Shown here: positions 35,701 through 49,239 of the stretch, piece by piece
Layout of the letters: each line of letters begins with the position of its first letter
Position numbering within the stretch: position 1 is the stretch's first letter
Assembly: GCF_004010195.1 (NCBI RefSeq)
Contig: NC_057711.1
Span: forward strand, 49,107,847 to 49,171,846
DNA: 64,000 nt
Direction of reading: 5' to 3'
Origin: Chiloscyllium plagiosum
Lineage: Eukaryota
Notes under the pieces: model-generated
The model's database searches: none
Told to the model about the DNA's origin: nothing
What the model saw: only the letters and a program-made list of their open reading frames with translations
Position numbers and translations under genes: made by a program

Positions 35701-36126
35701 AGCATATTGTGTTTCTCACCAATTTACTGGTGCATCCTACTGTAACTATCATGCAGTTTCCTGACCATTAGCTTCTTTTCCCCCTCACTATTATGAGGAG
35801 ACAATATTAAATCATCCATGTTGTTTGACATTGAAAACACCACCCATCTTTTTCTGGCTTATGAGGGTCTCTCTTAAACATTGTGTAGAAATTTATCACT
35901 GACTTCTAAGTCATTAATAATTGATAAAAAATTGCTTTCCTTATATAAAGCATTGACTCGAAAAAAGTATGACAAACATTACAGTTATTCGTAAAGCTGC
36001 TCACTTGTGACTAGATTGCATAAGTTGAATAACAATTATATGTGGTTCCAGTGGATGGATAAACATCCATTTACCCTTACTAGAAAATCCATTTACCCTA
36101 ACTAAAAAGAAAATGCCATTATTTAA

Positions 36127-37080
36127 AGTCATATAGCCACAAAGATATATAACACAGAAACAGACCCTTCCATCCAACTCATCCATGCTAACCACATATC
36201 CTAAACGAACCTAGTCCCATTTGCCAACAGTTGGCCCATATCCCTCTACATCCTTTCTATTCATTTACTAAGCCAGATGCCTTTTAAATGTTGTGATTGT
36301 ACAAAAATCCACCACTTCCTCTGGCAGCTCGTTCCACACACACACACACCACCCTCTGTGTGAAAAATTTGTCCCTTAGGTCTCTTTTAAATCTTTCCCC
36401 TCTCACCTTATGCCTTCTAGTTTTGGTCTCCCTTATTCTGGGGAAAAGACTTTGACTAGATTAGATTCCCTATAGTTTGGAAACAGGCCCTTCGGCCCAA
36501 CAAGTCTGCATCGACTCTCCAAAGAATAACTTAACCAGACCCATTCCCCTACCGTATATTTATCCCTGACTAATGCACCTAACACTATGGGCAATTTAGC
36601 ATGGTCAATTCACCTGACCTGCACATCATTAGATTGTGAGAGAAAACTGGAGCACCCGAAGAAAACCCACACAAACACAGGTGCCTAGTGCTGTGAGGCA
36701 GCAGTGCTAACCACTGAGCCACATGCTGCCTCACCGTGACTATTCACCCTATCCATGACATCATAACCTCTATTAAGGTCACCCCTCAGCCTCTGACACT
36801 CCAGGGAAAATAGCCCCAGCATATTCAGCCTCTCCCTACAGCTCAAACCCTCCAACCTAGCAACATCTTTGTAAACCTTTTCTGAACCCTTTTGAGTTTA
36901 ACAACATCTTTCTTATAACAAGGAGACTAGAATTGAATGCAGTATTCCAAAAGTGGCTTAACCAAAGTCCTGTACAGCCACATCATGACTTCCCAACCTC
37001 TATATTCAATGCACTGACCAATAAAGGCAAGCACACCAAACACCTTCTTCACCACTCTGTCTACTTGGGACTCCACTTCT
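36127..37080 (-). mobile_element. CR1 3' fragment with a nested HE1 SINE
   Basis: Same subfamily as 1603-2238 and 20561-21463; (CA)n expansion at ~36335-36349. Confidence 0.9.
36459..36736 (-). mobile_element. HE1-type V-SINE, internally deleted
   Basis: tagattagattccc tail, V-domain, A-box ctaaccactgagcc (reverse complement); short flanking repeat tgacta. Confidence 0.88.
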
Positions 37081-37964
37081 TCCGAGAAGCTGATGCAGCA
37101 TTGCTTGTGTTATGTCTAAAAATATCTAAACGTTGTTTTTTTTATATATAGGAACTGCTTACACAGATAGCTGCAAATTAGTAAATGGAGAACTGGTTTA
37201 ATTCTATCATGAAAGAAAAATGCATCTTCTGGTTCACCCAGCATTAAAGCCTCTCTCTTAAGCAGCTCATTGAAATTATTTTTTTTTAAACAGTCTTACT
37301 TTGTATTTTCCTTTATTAATTTATTTTATGGAGAATTTGTGTCAAGGTAATGTTTCACAATGTCACAGTATAAAGTGTGAAGTATTGACCTTGTATCCAG
37401 TTGTTTGATTTAATATCAGATATTTTCATGGACTGAAATAGTTTTTAAAAAGGATCCAAAAATGTGATTCACAATAGCCACAGAGATCACCTAACCACAA
37501 AAATTGAAGAAGTTTTCACGCAATTAACATGGATCAGACAGGAATAAATCTGATCTGCAATTCACACGTTTCCCCACACCAAGAAAATCAGTCGAGCCTT
37601 TCCTCAGGTACCTGAAAAGGTCTTCATTATCCACCTTATTTGCATCACCCACAGATAGAGTTTACAACCAGCTTGTGTTTCAAGGAGCTTGTTGGAACAA
37701 AGCAGCAGAGATTAATGTTTGACTGCAGAAGTGAAACAAACTGGAAAAGGTTTTCTTTCTCACTCATTGACTTTCTACCCCTCAAGAAGAAGAGACCAGT
37801 ACAGCATTGACTGCAATTAAATTTCAGGAATCAGAAATCTTAAAAAATACTTGCAATATTCTCTATTGGTGACAGTCCCAGAAAGTTACTCATCAAAAGT
37901 TGTTCCACGTTAAATCATTATGTGTCAAGGAAAGGCAAAAGAAAAACTGTACTGGCTTTTATCA

Positions 37965-37988
37965 TGTGTGTATGTGTGTGTGTGTGTA
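37965..37988. repeat. (TG)n microsatellite
   Basis: tgtgtgtatgtgtgtgtgtgtgta. Confidence 0.8.
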
Positions 37989-38729
37989 GGCTGTGTGCTT
38001 GACATCCCATCTTTTTTATTTTTCTTGCTGTTGTCAAATACTAAATTTAATCTTTCATAACTCAAGACAACATGGCAACTGGATCCTTACTGTTACAGTA
38101 AAAAATAGTTAACTACATTTTAATTGAGGAAAGGTAAAGCTGTGTTAAAAAGGGCTTTAAAACTCCATTGCATCTATCCAGAGTGATTGAAAAGAGGAGG
38201 AATGCTTCACCTCTCCTCACCTGCAGCTGCAGAATACTGGCATTATTTAAGAAACAAAAAGAAGATTGAACTCAACACGTCCAAACTTCCTGTTAACAGA
38301 TCAAATCCAACAAGATGCTGTGTTAATATATCCCATAATCCCTTTTCATTTTGAAAACAACATCAGGCTGGAAAATGATTCTTAAGAAGTGATTCCTGAA
38401 CGTGAATAAAGTGGCACAGGCACTTTGGCACAAAAGTGAAATTTTCTTTGCATATTAAATTGATCAAACTTAGCTTACTGTGAATTGATAGTTGCAGATG
38501 TGCCTAAAAATACGGACCGATCATGGTGCCCATCCTAAATTTAAGATCGGATGTAGTACCTTGTGCCCAGAAATTGGTAATTTAAAAACAGATACAATGC
38601 ATTTAATTTCTCCCAAATTTGATTTTCTGTTGAACTTATTGTTACTCTATCATTATTCATTGCCACATCAAAATACCTTTTCTAAAACCAGATTCCCCAA
38701 TGCCAATTCCATCACATGCCAGCAGTAAC

Positions 38730-39200
38730 ATTTATGACCTATAGAATTGGGAACTTTGTTTTTGGTATGTCATTTATCTTAATATCTTAATTTTGTATGC
38801 TTTTGGTAATTGCATGCCATGATTTGCTGCAATCAGGTTAAATTTAACTTTAAGTTAGGCATTCAAACTGCATGGAATTTTACTGAAAATTTAATGCGGA
38901 CTCTTAATTAAAATCAGCAAATTATAGGAGAATTGAGCTTTATTAAAGCTTGATGTTAATACAGTGACTGTTCATTACCACAGACACATGGGACTGGCAA
39001 TCCAACTGAATTGATTATGGATAATTCATGAAAACGATGAATTTTCATGTGTGATTTTACACGAACATGCATAAAAGTCAACTTATAATGTTCATGACTT
39101 TTTCTACATATCTCAATCAATATTAATGACATCTTGTCAGCTCATAGGCAGAATTCAAGTGTGTAATTTATCAAAGTCCATAAAATCTGAAATAGGCTAT
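38730..39200. promoter_or_regulatory. Candidate conserved non-coding element (enhancer)
   Basis: TE-free block dense in homeodomain/TALE-type motifs (tttatgac, ttaattaa, tgattatgg, tcaatcaa, taatgaca, tgtca, ccataaaa). Conservation not tested. Confidence 0.4.
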
Positions 39201-40414
39201 CTGTAACCAACCTGTGAGTGAGTCAGTAAACATCCATGAGCTACCTTGATCCAGAAAATAATAGACCGTGCACTTTTGTGAATGTTCTTGTCAATGCAGC
39301 AATAGTTCTTGAACTCTTTGTGACCCTAAGAAAAAAAATCCAGATTGAAAAAATGTGCTATTACACTCCACCCTCATTATAAGCCTTTCAGTTCTGAAAC
39401 CATTTCTGTTATAAACCTACTGGACCTTGGCTCGTGACCTTTTTGTGCTAGATACTCCATTATATTATGGGATATTTGCTACAGAACACATTATCATGTA
39501 TGAAGTGCTTAACACCTAAGGATAGAGATATAATGACAGTGAGTGCACTTTTCTTAATCATAAATAATTTATATCAAAAATTATTTTACGGAATGCCAAC
39601 ATAAAAGGTAAACTCAGGTTTAGAGACACCAGGATTATGAACTCTTTCTTAAGGCAAAAACATTGTGATATTTTAAAACAAAGATTTCCATACACAAGAG
39701 TTCATAATTGCTGGAAATTTCAGTAAGTGCTCAGTACAGAATTGCACAAGCTTTTATATTCAACTAATTTCTTTTTAATATTAGTTTTCGATTCTATATA
39801 ATTGGCCTAATTTTATAATATTGATACAAGTGCTACAAATTAGGAATGTGCAATGGTTGATACAAATCATACAGTTGCTTTTTCCTTTTATTGCAATCTT
39901 TTATCAGAATATATGGTAAAGATAATGGTAAAATCTCAGAGGACTGGATGGCGACTCTCTCATCGGAGAGAGGACACCAGTGGTTGCTTAACCTGTGGGT
40001 CACCATGCCTCAGTAAAGGCTGGGCCACTCAGCTAAAAAGAAATGACCCAGATCTTCTGAGTAGCGGCAATGATAAGCAGGTCTCTGCTGTGTTTGAAAA
40101 TTCACTTAATTTGATACAGCTGCACATTTCTTCCAAAGTTGTCAGGTTCAGAGGCTAGACAGGTCTGGTTCAGGAGTGTGGCAGGGGACTGAGAGGATAG
40201 TTGGTGGTCAGCTTCGTAGTCAGGTTGTCTGGGGGAGAGAGTTAGGTCCAGGTGAGGTAGCCAAGTTATGGGATGGTCGCAAGAGTGGTCAGGTTGCAAC
40301 AGGAGTCGGTCTGCTAGGGACTATTGAATAGCTGGAATGTCATTGGATCAGAGGCATGGCACAGTCAAGTCAGGGAGTAGCCAGTGAGATTAGTTGGAAG
40401 AGTGGGTCAGGGTT

Positions 40415-40812
40415 ACTTGGAACAAAGCAGCCCACTTATTTGGCACCCCTCCTCTCACCACAACAGCAGCAACAGTGTGTACTGTTTATGAAATGTGCTG
40501 TAGAAATTCGCCAAGTCTTTTTCGACTACAACTTCCAAACCCACAACCATTTCCATCAGAAAGACAAGGGCAGCAGATACATCGGAGCACCACGGCTTCC
40601 AAGACCCACTCTAAGCCACTGACTACCCTGACTTGGAAATATTTCACTGTCCGTTCAGTTTCACTGGGTTAAAGCCCTTTGGCTTTATGAGTCTATCCAC
40701 ACCAAATGGACTGCAGCTATCAAGAAGGCAACTTGCTGCTGCATTCTCAAGGGCAACTAGTGTTGAGCAATAAATGCTGTCCCATCCAGTGATGCCTATA
40801 TCCCATGTGAAA
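40415..40812 (+). mobile_element. LINE family B 3' fragment
   Basis: aacaaagcagcccactt...caagaaggca...ctcaagggcaactag...gcaataaatgctg. Confidence 0.8.
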
Positions 40813-42296
40813 TGGCAACAGGAACACCAATGCTGGCCATATACCTCTTCCCAGTGAGACAGACAATTTCGTTCAGGGGACTGACTCCAAGCTGGTTGGC
40901 CCTAGCCAGTGTACTAAGCACAAGTAAGTAAAGGGTGACTTGGTGACAGGCTACCAGCCTCTGAGCAGTTATTTCACTGTGAATGAATTTTTTAAAAGCC
41001 CATGGTGAATAATGGGTGAGTTAGCATGGAAGATATGAGGGAAAAAGGAGCAGGTAGTCAAGCATGGGTTGGCATAAATTGGTATCATTTTGGCATGGAG
41101 GAAATAGAGTCATAATCTGGTGAAAGTTGTTGCTAGTAAATTTGTGCAGTTTTAATGAATCGTGTGATTAATTGGTGGGGCATGGCTTTTCACTTATTTG
41201 GCACAGACTTCAATGTAAATTATTACATCACACACACTAGAAATCATTAGTGCTTAATGACAAACAGCTTCATGATAACTTTAATTGATGCCAACATTTT
41301 ATTTCAACTCTGCATCATCCAAATGAAGATTTGAACTTGCATTCTCTGAATTGTTAGTCAAGTCACTGTTTATTACTTGGCTACTGGCTGATAAAAATGT
41401 TGAAGTAATTAAATGAAATGACAGAGAATCTGCAGGGAATGTCATGAATCACATGCTTAGCACATACTAAACGAAAACTGACTTTAAGATCTATCACAGA
41501 TCACTTTCAATATTTAAATCGACTCACTCACTAATCCACCTTTTTCAATTATAGCAGTTTTTAAGAAGAATACTTTTGTCTTCATTCTTAGAAAGCCTTG
41601 ATGAGCAGGCTATTAGGAGTTGGTTCCACTTCACATCTCTTACAATGTTTTTTGGATAAGCCTTTCAAAGCACATTAACCCAGCCAATCAGATTAATTGA
41701 TTCAATCAATCTTTCTACAAATGTCTTATAGCATATCAATTGTGTTTTGTTGGAGAATACCAATAGAGGTGCTTCTGAAACTATGATACACTTTGTTTTT
41801 ATCAGTGCATTGTCCATTATATCTGATAAATTACCATGTTTGCATTAATTACACTATAGGCTGCTTTGCAAATCCTACAGTTTTGTTTTGCAAGGAATGT
41901 GTAAACTGCTGATTTGCTATTTGTGAGTTCAGAGATTGTTGCGTGACATGCAAAGATTTTAAGACTCTATTCACTGCAATTGAATTTTCTACATTTTTTT
42001 TTTAAATTGCTTTGAGCTGACTCCTTATTTCTAGAGTTTAAAGTAACCAGTTTGAACACTAGAAAGGATTATTTTAACATGTGAAAGCATATACCATGGA
42101 TGCTGGATATTTGAAACAAAAACAGGAAGTGCTGGAGAAACACAGTAAGTCTGACAGCACCTGTGGAGAGAGAAACAGAGTTAATGTTTCAAATGCATAT
42201 GATCCTTCTTTGGAAATCCAAGGGAATGGAAAATAATGATTTTTTAAGCTGTTGATAAAGGGGGAGATAGAATAAGTGGAATAGATGGGGAGGGTT

Positions 42297-42515
42297 GAAA
42301 AATGTGGTGCTGGAAAAACACAGCAGGCCAGGCAGCATCCGAGGAGCAGGAGAATCGATGTTTCGGGCATAAGCCCTTCTTCAGGAAGCCTGAAGAAGGG
42401 CTTATGCCCAAAACATTGATTCTCCTGCTCCTCGGATGCTACCTGGCCTGCTGTGCTTTTCCAGCACCACATTTTTCAACTCTGATCTCCAGCATCTGCA
42501 GTCCTCACTTTCTCC
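42297..42515 (+). mobile_element. Fold-back PLE family A insertion with a ribozyme core on both strands
   Basis: ~90-bp arms with a 3-nt loop (cagg-aag-cctg); perfect 15-bp TSD tagatggggagggtt (42282-42296, 42516-42530). Confidence 0.92.
42357..42384 (-). ncRNA. Minimal hammerhead ribozyme core
   Basis: CUGAAGA-A-GGGC-UUAU-GCCC-GAAA-CAUC. The plus-strand twin (42390-42417) has GAAA mutated to AAAA. Confidence 0.6.
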
Positions 42516-43765
42516 TAGATGGGGAGGGTTCACAGAGCAAAAGACCAAGGGAGTGCTAATAATGGTAGAGGAGCGAGATTTAGAGACAGTGACTGAGGAA
42601 GAAGATGTGGCTGTGGAAATGAGTTTTGGTAAACACCTTTTCAAGCACTAGCAGCATACCCTCCCTATCTGTTACTTTGTTAATCACCGAAAAACCATCA
42701 TTTTCAAGCGCCATTCAGTTTCTGGAGAAGAATAATATTGGAACGTTCCTTTTGATTTTTTCCTCCAAAAATGCTACCAGATCTGAGTTTATCCAGCACT
42801 TTCTGTTTTTATTTTCATAATATATCTTTAATTCCTTTTGACATTACCACATTTTCTTTCCTCCAACATTGAATATTTTCTTCAAACCATCCATTCTGTC
42901 ATTCCACCTTATCCCACACTCACCTCCAATTTCCCTTCAAACCTTAACTGGTGAATTCAGAGTTTTTCATTGAGTGGTGACTATCTTATTTCCATGCATT
43001 TGTATGCCATTAAGTCCCCAACTCATGTTATTTGTATGTGATATCCAATTGGGCTCTCCTTCACCAAGAAACTACAGGGCACAAATTCCTGAAAACTGAG
43101 CAGTACCTGGCAACTGAAGCTCTCTGAATGCTTGTCCAATTCATGCTGCAATTGCTTTTTCATAACAGTTCCTGTGTATTCCATGGCCACCATCCTCCTC
43201 AACCCATCATCCACATACGACAGCATTGGTAAACTACAAGCCTCACCACATCACCATGCCTGCTCTCAAACTCAGGCACCGCTACAGCCCTTCAACAATT
43301 GACTTTGGAGCTCCAGGGCACCCATTACTTGCATGCTTCTGCACACAATGTACATCGACAATGTAGCTTTTGCGCTCACATGGACGGGTTCTCCCTACCT
43401 ACTCTATCCAACACACTAATGATTTTGAAAACCTCTATCAGCACTACTCTCAGTTTCTCTTCTTCAAGGAAAAAAGGCTCAAACTTTTGCTTTATTCCCA
43501 TAAGTGAAGTTTTCATCCCTGCAACCAATCCGGTAAACAACAATCTCTATGTTCGCATCTTTCCTACAATGTGGCAGCCAGAACAATATTCCAGCTGAAG
43601 TCTAATGACTGTCTTATCCAAGTTCAGTATCATCTCCTTGCTATTATAGTCTATGCACCTATTAATAAATACTGGATACTGTCTGGTTTACTTATTGTTC
43701 TGACCAGCTGTCATGCCAATCCAATGATCTATGCACAAATACATCCAGGTCCCTGTACTCCTGAA

Positions 43766-43913
43766 GGAGTAAAGCAGGTCAGGCAGCATCCTGGTGAAGG
43801 GATTATGCCTGAAACATCGATTCTCCTGATCCTTGGATGCTGCCTGACCTGCTGTACTTTTCCAGTATCACACTCTCTACTTCGATCTCCAGCATATGCA
43901 GTCCTCACTTTCT
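43766..43913 (+). mobile_element. PLE family A insertion with a very short inverted arm
   Basis: agcaggtcaggcagcatcc arm fused to core ctggtgaagggattatgcctgaaacatc; TSD c(c/t)ctgtactcctgaa (43751-43765, 43914-43928). Confidence 0.85.
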
Positions 43914-44536
43914 CTCTGTACTCCTGAACCCCTCTTTAGAATAGTAATTCTTCTTTTATGCTGTCTTTCATTTCCCTTCTGATTAATATGCATCATCCCT
44001 CACACTGCTCTGCATTGAACCTCATTTTCCATGAATCTGCTCACTCTACCACCTTGTCGATTTCTTTCTGTAGTTTCACATTGTCCTCCTCACAATTTAG
44101 AATTCTTACAAGTTTTTGGAAACTTTGAAATTGTCCCCTGCACACTCAGAACCAGATCATTAATATATATCAGGAAAACCAAGGGTCCCAATCTCAACTC
44201 AGAAGGAATTTTACTACAAATCTTCCTCCAACATGAAAAAAAATTAATTGACCATTACTCTCTGTTTCCTATCACTGAACCAATTTTGTATCCTATTGCT
44301 ACTGTTCTTTCTATTTCATGACGTATAACTTTCCTCACAAATCTGTGGCATTATACCAAATGCCACATCAACAGTATCAGCGTCATTAAGCCTTTCTGTT
44401 ACTTCTTTAGAATTTCATGCTGAATTTTCCCAATCAATCCACCATTTTTTCCATATATCTACAGATTCCATAATGAATAATTGTCTCTCAAAGCTTTCTC
44501 ATCACTGATGTGAAACTGACTGGCGTGTAATTGCTG

Positions 44537-44750
44537 TTAAAAAGTGTGACACTTTAAGAGCACAGCCAATCAGGCAGCATCCATGGAGCAGGAAAGTTGA
44601 CGGTTCAAGCATAAGGTCTTCATTCCTGATGAAGCGTTTATGCTTGAAACATCGACTCTCCTGCTCCTCAGATCCTGCCTGACCAGCAATGCTTTTCCAA
44701 TGTCACACTTTTTGACTCTGATCTCCAGCATTTACAGTCTTCACTTTCTC
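44537..44750 (+). mobile_element. Fold-back PLE family A insertion, old
   Basis: Arms aaaaagtgtgaca / tgtcacacttttt; CTGATGA at 44626-44632; TSD ctgg(cg/tc)tgtaattgctg (44520-44536, 44751-44767). Confidence 0.85.
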
Positions 44751-44986
44751 CTGGTCTGTAATTGCTGGGTTTAACCATATAACCATCTTAGACAAGTCCA
44801 TCATGGTTGCAATTCTCCAGTCTTCTCGCACCTCCCCTGAGTCCAGGGAAGACTGAAAGATTGTGGTCAGTGCCCATGCAATTTCCACTCTCACTTGTTT
44901 CAAAATAGTTCATGCATCTTATCCAGTTCTTGGTGCCTTGTAAACTTTAAATACCAAGAGTCTATCCAGAACTTCTGCCCTATCAA

Positions 44987-45991
44987 ATTAGTGCCTGGTT
45001 TTCCAAATGGTTTGGTACTGGATCCACTGTTGTTTATTGCTTATATAAACGATTTGGATGAGAATTTAGGAGGCATAGCTAGTAAATTTGCAGATGACAT
45101 CAAAATTAATGATATAGTTGACAGTGAAAAAGGTTATTTAGGATCACAAAGGGATCTTGATCAATTGGGCCAATGAGCTGAGGAGTAGCAGATGGAGTTT
45201 AATTTGGATAAATGCAAGGTATTGCATTTTGGTAAAGCGAACAAGGGCAGGACTTAAATAAATAATGGTAGGGCCTTGGATAGTGTTGTCAAACAGACAG
45301 AACTCGGGGTTCAGATACATAGTTCTTTGAAAGTTGCATCATAGGTAGACAGAATGCTGAGGAAGATGTTTAGCATGCTTACTTTCATTGCTCAGACTGC
45401 TGAGTATAGACGTCATGTTGAAGTAGTACAGGACATTGGTAGGACTTCGTCTGGAGTATTATATGCAGTTATGGTCGCCCTTTTACAGAAAATATATCAT
45501 TGAATTGGAGAGAGTTCAATGAAGATTTAACAGCTTATTGCTGGGATCGGAATGTTTGAGTTATAAAGCGAAGCTGGTTAGGCTGGGACTTTTTTCCCTG
45601 GAGGGTAGGAGGTTGAGGGGTGACCTAATAGAGGTTTATAAAATCATGAGGGTTATAGATAAGATAAATAGCAAATGTCTTTTCCCTAGGGTGGGAGAGT
45701 TCAAAACTAGGGGGTATATTTTTAAAATGAGAAGGGAAAGATCTATAAGGGACCTGAGGGGTAACCTTTTCACATAGGGGGTGGTTCAAGTGTGGAATGA
45801 ATTGCTGTAGGAAGTGGTGGATGCAGGTACAGGTATATCATTTAAAAGACATTTGGACAGATCTATGAATATGACATGTCTGGCAAAGGCAAATGGGATT
45901 AGTTTAGTTTGGGAAATTTGGTCGGCATGGATAAGTTGGACCAAAGGGTCTGTTTCCATGCTGTGACTCTATTACTCTATGTCTCTATGAC
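44987..45991 (+). mobile_element. CR1 3' ~1 kb
   Basis: LLFIAYINDLDENLGGIASKFADDIKI, RRLRGDLIEVYKIMR; ctatgact-type tail. Confidence 0.92.
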
Positions 45992-48499
45992 CAAGTTCCC
46001 ACCTCTGTCACCATGGCCTGTTAGCTTCTCTTGCTTTGATGAAAACAGATGCAAATTATTCACTTGCTGGGATGACAGCTAGGGGTTCCCCACATTCTTG
46101 TCCTATTTCAGCTCAGGGCTTCAACCATAATCAATCAGAAGCTTAGTTCTAACAGAGTCCCAGGATCTGCACCCTTACTGTCCAGGAATGGTGCCAGAGT
46201 CAGTCCTATAGGTCATGTGCAAGTGGTCTGGGGATTACAGGTACATTAATTGGGATGTTGTTGAGACATCAGTCAAAAGGGTGGTCCAGTTTTTCCTGTA
46301 ATGAGACTATGAGAGACACTGAGTAGTGGAAGTGGATGAAAAAAATAGTTAATGGACTGTTATAAAATGAATGATTATGAGTGGTTGAAAATATTGTCTA
46401 GAATCTTAACTTTTTTCACGAAGGTTGCAAACAAATAATGTTGAATGTTACGTTCCCAGGCTCACTTCGCCTGCACGAGCAAATTCAAAAATTGAATTCA
46501 GAGAGTACCTGATACCAATAGTACTTTTTTTACTTAACAAAGCTCCTTTCCATGCTAACTTAAATAAATAAATCTAAATAAATAAATAATATTTGTTGCA
46601 TTTTCACCACTGTACACCATGGCCAAAGTACTAATATAACCAATAAAGTCCTTTTTGGTGTTTCATTAATGCTACAATATGAAAAGCACAAGACTACATG
46701 TCATATTTTCCTTTTGGGAGGGGAATGACGATATCAATTCAAAATGTATTCATTGAAATGAATGGGGTGAATGTGAAATGTCAGCTGTGTTGACATCAGA
46801 GAAATAAATAAGCTTACCAAGTTCTGATCTGTTTTGTATGTGTTGTTATTCACCACAACAGATTTGTACATAGGTCAATATATTCTCTGTGCCAATACAG
46901 GTTGAAGTGATAATATTCATTCCAATTAAATATAAATACCATAAAATATGCTTTTTCAAGGGCTAAATCTAAGGTTACCTCTTGTATTTGTTGAATTAAG
47001 TTGAAAGAGTATTTGGAGGGCATACAAAAGGTACATGAAAAGGATTGTTCTGCAGATTCTTGGTTTGCAAGAGATCCACATCCAGAGGTTATGGCTTCTA
47101 TCACATGAGTGGATTCCTGAAGGTGTTTTTTTTAAATTGCACCAATTTCTGACAGCCCAAGATTCACAGCATGTCAATGGATGAATGCCAATGCTAACAC
47201 GTTGCCACAAACAATAATGGCGGTCTTTCAATCCTTCATGCTCAACAAGTTTAACTGAACAAATCCCCTGCTCCCATTGCTATAGCAACTCACATACGGG
47301 AAACAATTGTTACACAAGTGCATTATGAAGCAGTTTTCTGTGACAGAATATTCACTGACCAAAGGAAAACATTTCCTGACATGTTTCCCTCTACATATCT
47401 GAAACATAAGGTGAAAAGAATGGTCAGAATAGAACTTGGTTGGGCTTGTAAATAACATTTCGAGTGGTACTTATTTGATAGATTTTAATTATGTCAATAT
47501 AATCTGGCCCTCAGCAAACTATGCCTACTCACGTATCCTATGCATGTGCCCAAATCAAGCAGTCTTATAACAAAATAAGAATCCCTGTACCAAGGCTGGA
47601 TTATCTATTTAGCACAAAGCAGGTTATATTATAATTGTCTCATCATCTGTTTATCACCTTCTAGCCACAAAATGTAGTTATTTAAATTCTACTCATTATT
47701 TGATTGTAGTCTAAAAATAATTTTACCTCTTCATTTATGAGTCTTCCTTTTATCTCAGTGATTCCAAAACCCTTTACTGTGCCAATTATCATGAAGCAGC
47801 TTTTTTCCCCCTATATTATAAAGTAGCACTTTTATCCGTTTGAAAATTATGCTGAGAAAGTAACAGCTTTATTTTTCTTTCACAAGTTTTAATTTTCAAA
47901 GCAACTAACTGTGGTCAGATTGGAATTAGCAGCAGAGAAGGAATCTTTGTTCCACAGTTTATTAAAGAACGTGAGAACATCTGCATAATAACATGTGGCA
48001 CTAACCACAATGTGGCTGTGACAGGTAAGTGGGCCAGACAAAAAGACAAATTACCAGGTCATTTATTGAATTGCATATATGTTGCACCTTGTGACAGAAG
48101 ATTGTAGACAGTCCAAGTTGCCCTGTAAAATAGAAATCTTTCTGGTGTAGATACTTTCCTCAGGAATTATGCCATATAGTTTATATATAAACATTGGCCC
48201 TTAACCTTTTTGGTTTGAAAGCGATTTGAATCTTTCTCTTAGATAATTATTTTAACCTGGCTAAGATTGTGATGATAATGTTAGAGGCATAATATAATTA
48301 TTGTCAGAGAAAAGTACTGCACCCGCCAGGTATTTGCAAATAGCACAGAAGTAATCGTTACATTTCCATTTTGCAGCAAAACAAGCCTTACAAAGCCCAA
48401 ATATTTAATCTCTTAACTATAATGCAAAGTTCACATAAAGCATTTCATTGTAAGTTCCAATGCAAGTTAACAAGGGCACAAAAAAAAAGCAATATCTTA

Positions 48500-49090
48500 T
48501 TTCTGGATCAATAAAATTGGTAAGTTTCAAAAGTTATGTTAAACTCGTATCAAAATGCGTTGAATCACAGCTGGAGTATTGTTTACTGTTCTGGAATCCA
48601 CATGACATGAAGAATATGATAGCACTGAAGAAGATGCAGATGAAATTTACCAGCATGTTGCCTGGATTAGAAAGTTTTAGAGCAATTGGAGAACCTGCAG
48701 TTGGTTTCCTAGCAGAGGAGATTGAGAGGACATGATTGAGATACATAAAATTATAAGGGACATGGACATGGCAGACATGAATGAACTTTTCCTCTTAGCG
48801 AAGGGATCAATGATTTAAGGTAAAGGGCACGCGATTTAGAGGAGTTGTGAGAAAAACCTTCTTCACTCAGAGGCTGCTGGCAATCTGGAACTCACTGTCT
48901 GAACAATGGCAGATGCAGAAACCCCATAGCATTTAAGAAGTATTTAGATGTGCATTTGTGATACCAAGGCATACAGGACTATGGACCAGGTGCTGGAAAA
49001 TGGGATTAGATTAATTAGGTGCTTGTTAATGGTTGGGGCAGACTTGATAGGCTGAGGGACCTTTTTCTATGCTATAGATCTCCATGAGTC
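48500..49090 (+). mobile_element. Old CR1 3' fragment
   Basis: SQLEYCLLFWNPH...KFTSMLPGLE; ttcttcactcagagg...tggaactcactg. Confidence 0.8.
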
Positions 49091-49239
49091 AATAACTGTC
49101 TGACCATACCTGAAGTATTGTTGGTTGTTATATTATTTTCTAAAAGCTATTAAGGCATTATACAGGCACAAAATAATAGCCTTTAAAAATGATAGTAGTG
49201 ATGTGGGGCAAGCAGGGGAGGTCACCCATCAGGTGAGGT

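Larger units (their letters stand above)
42084..42817. mobile_element. Old inverted PLE family B element hosting a younger family A insertion
   Basis: Left end tgaaacaaaaacaggaagtgctggagaaac is an inverted match to right end gtttatccagcactttctgtttttatttca. Confidence 0.65.
43388..44986 (-). mobile_element. Old CR1 ORF2 fragment (resumes at ~45992-46065) with nested insertions
   Basis: MKQVRVEIAWALTTIFQSSLDSGEVREDWRIA on minus; further CR1 RT remnants. Confidence 0.8.
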
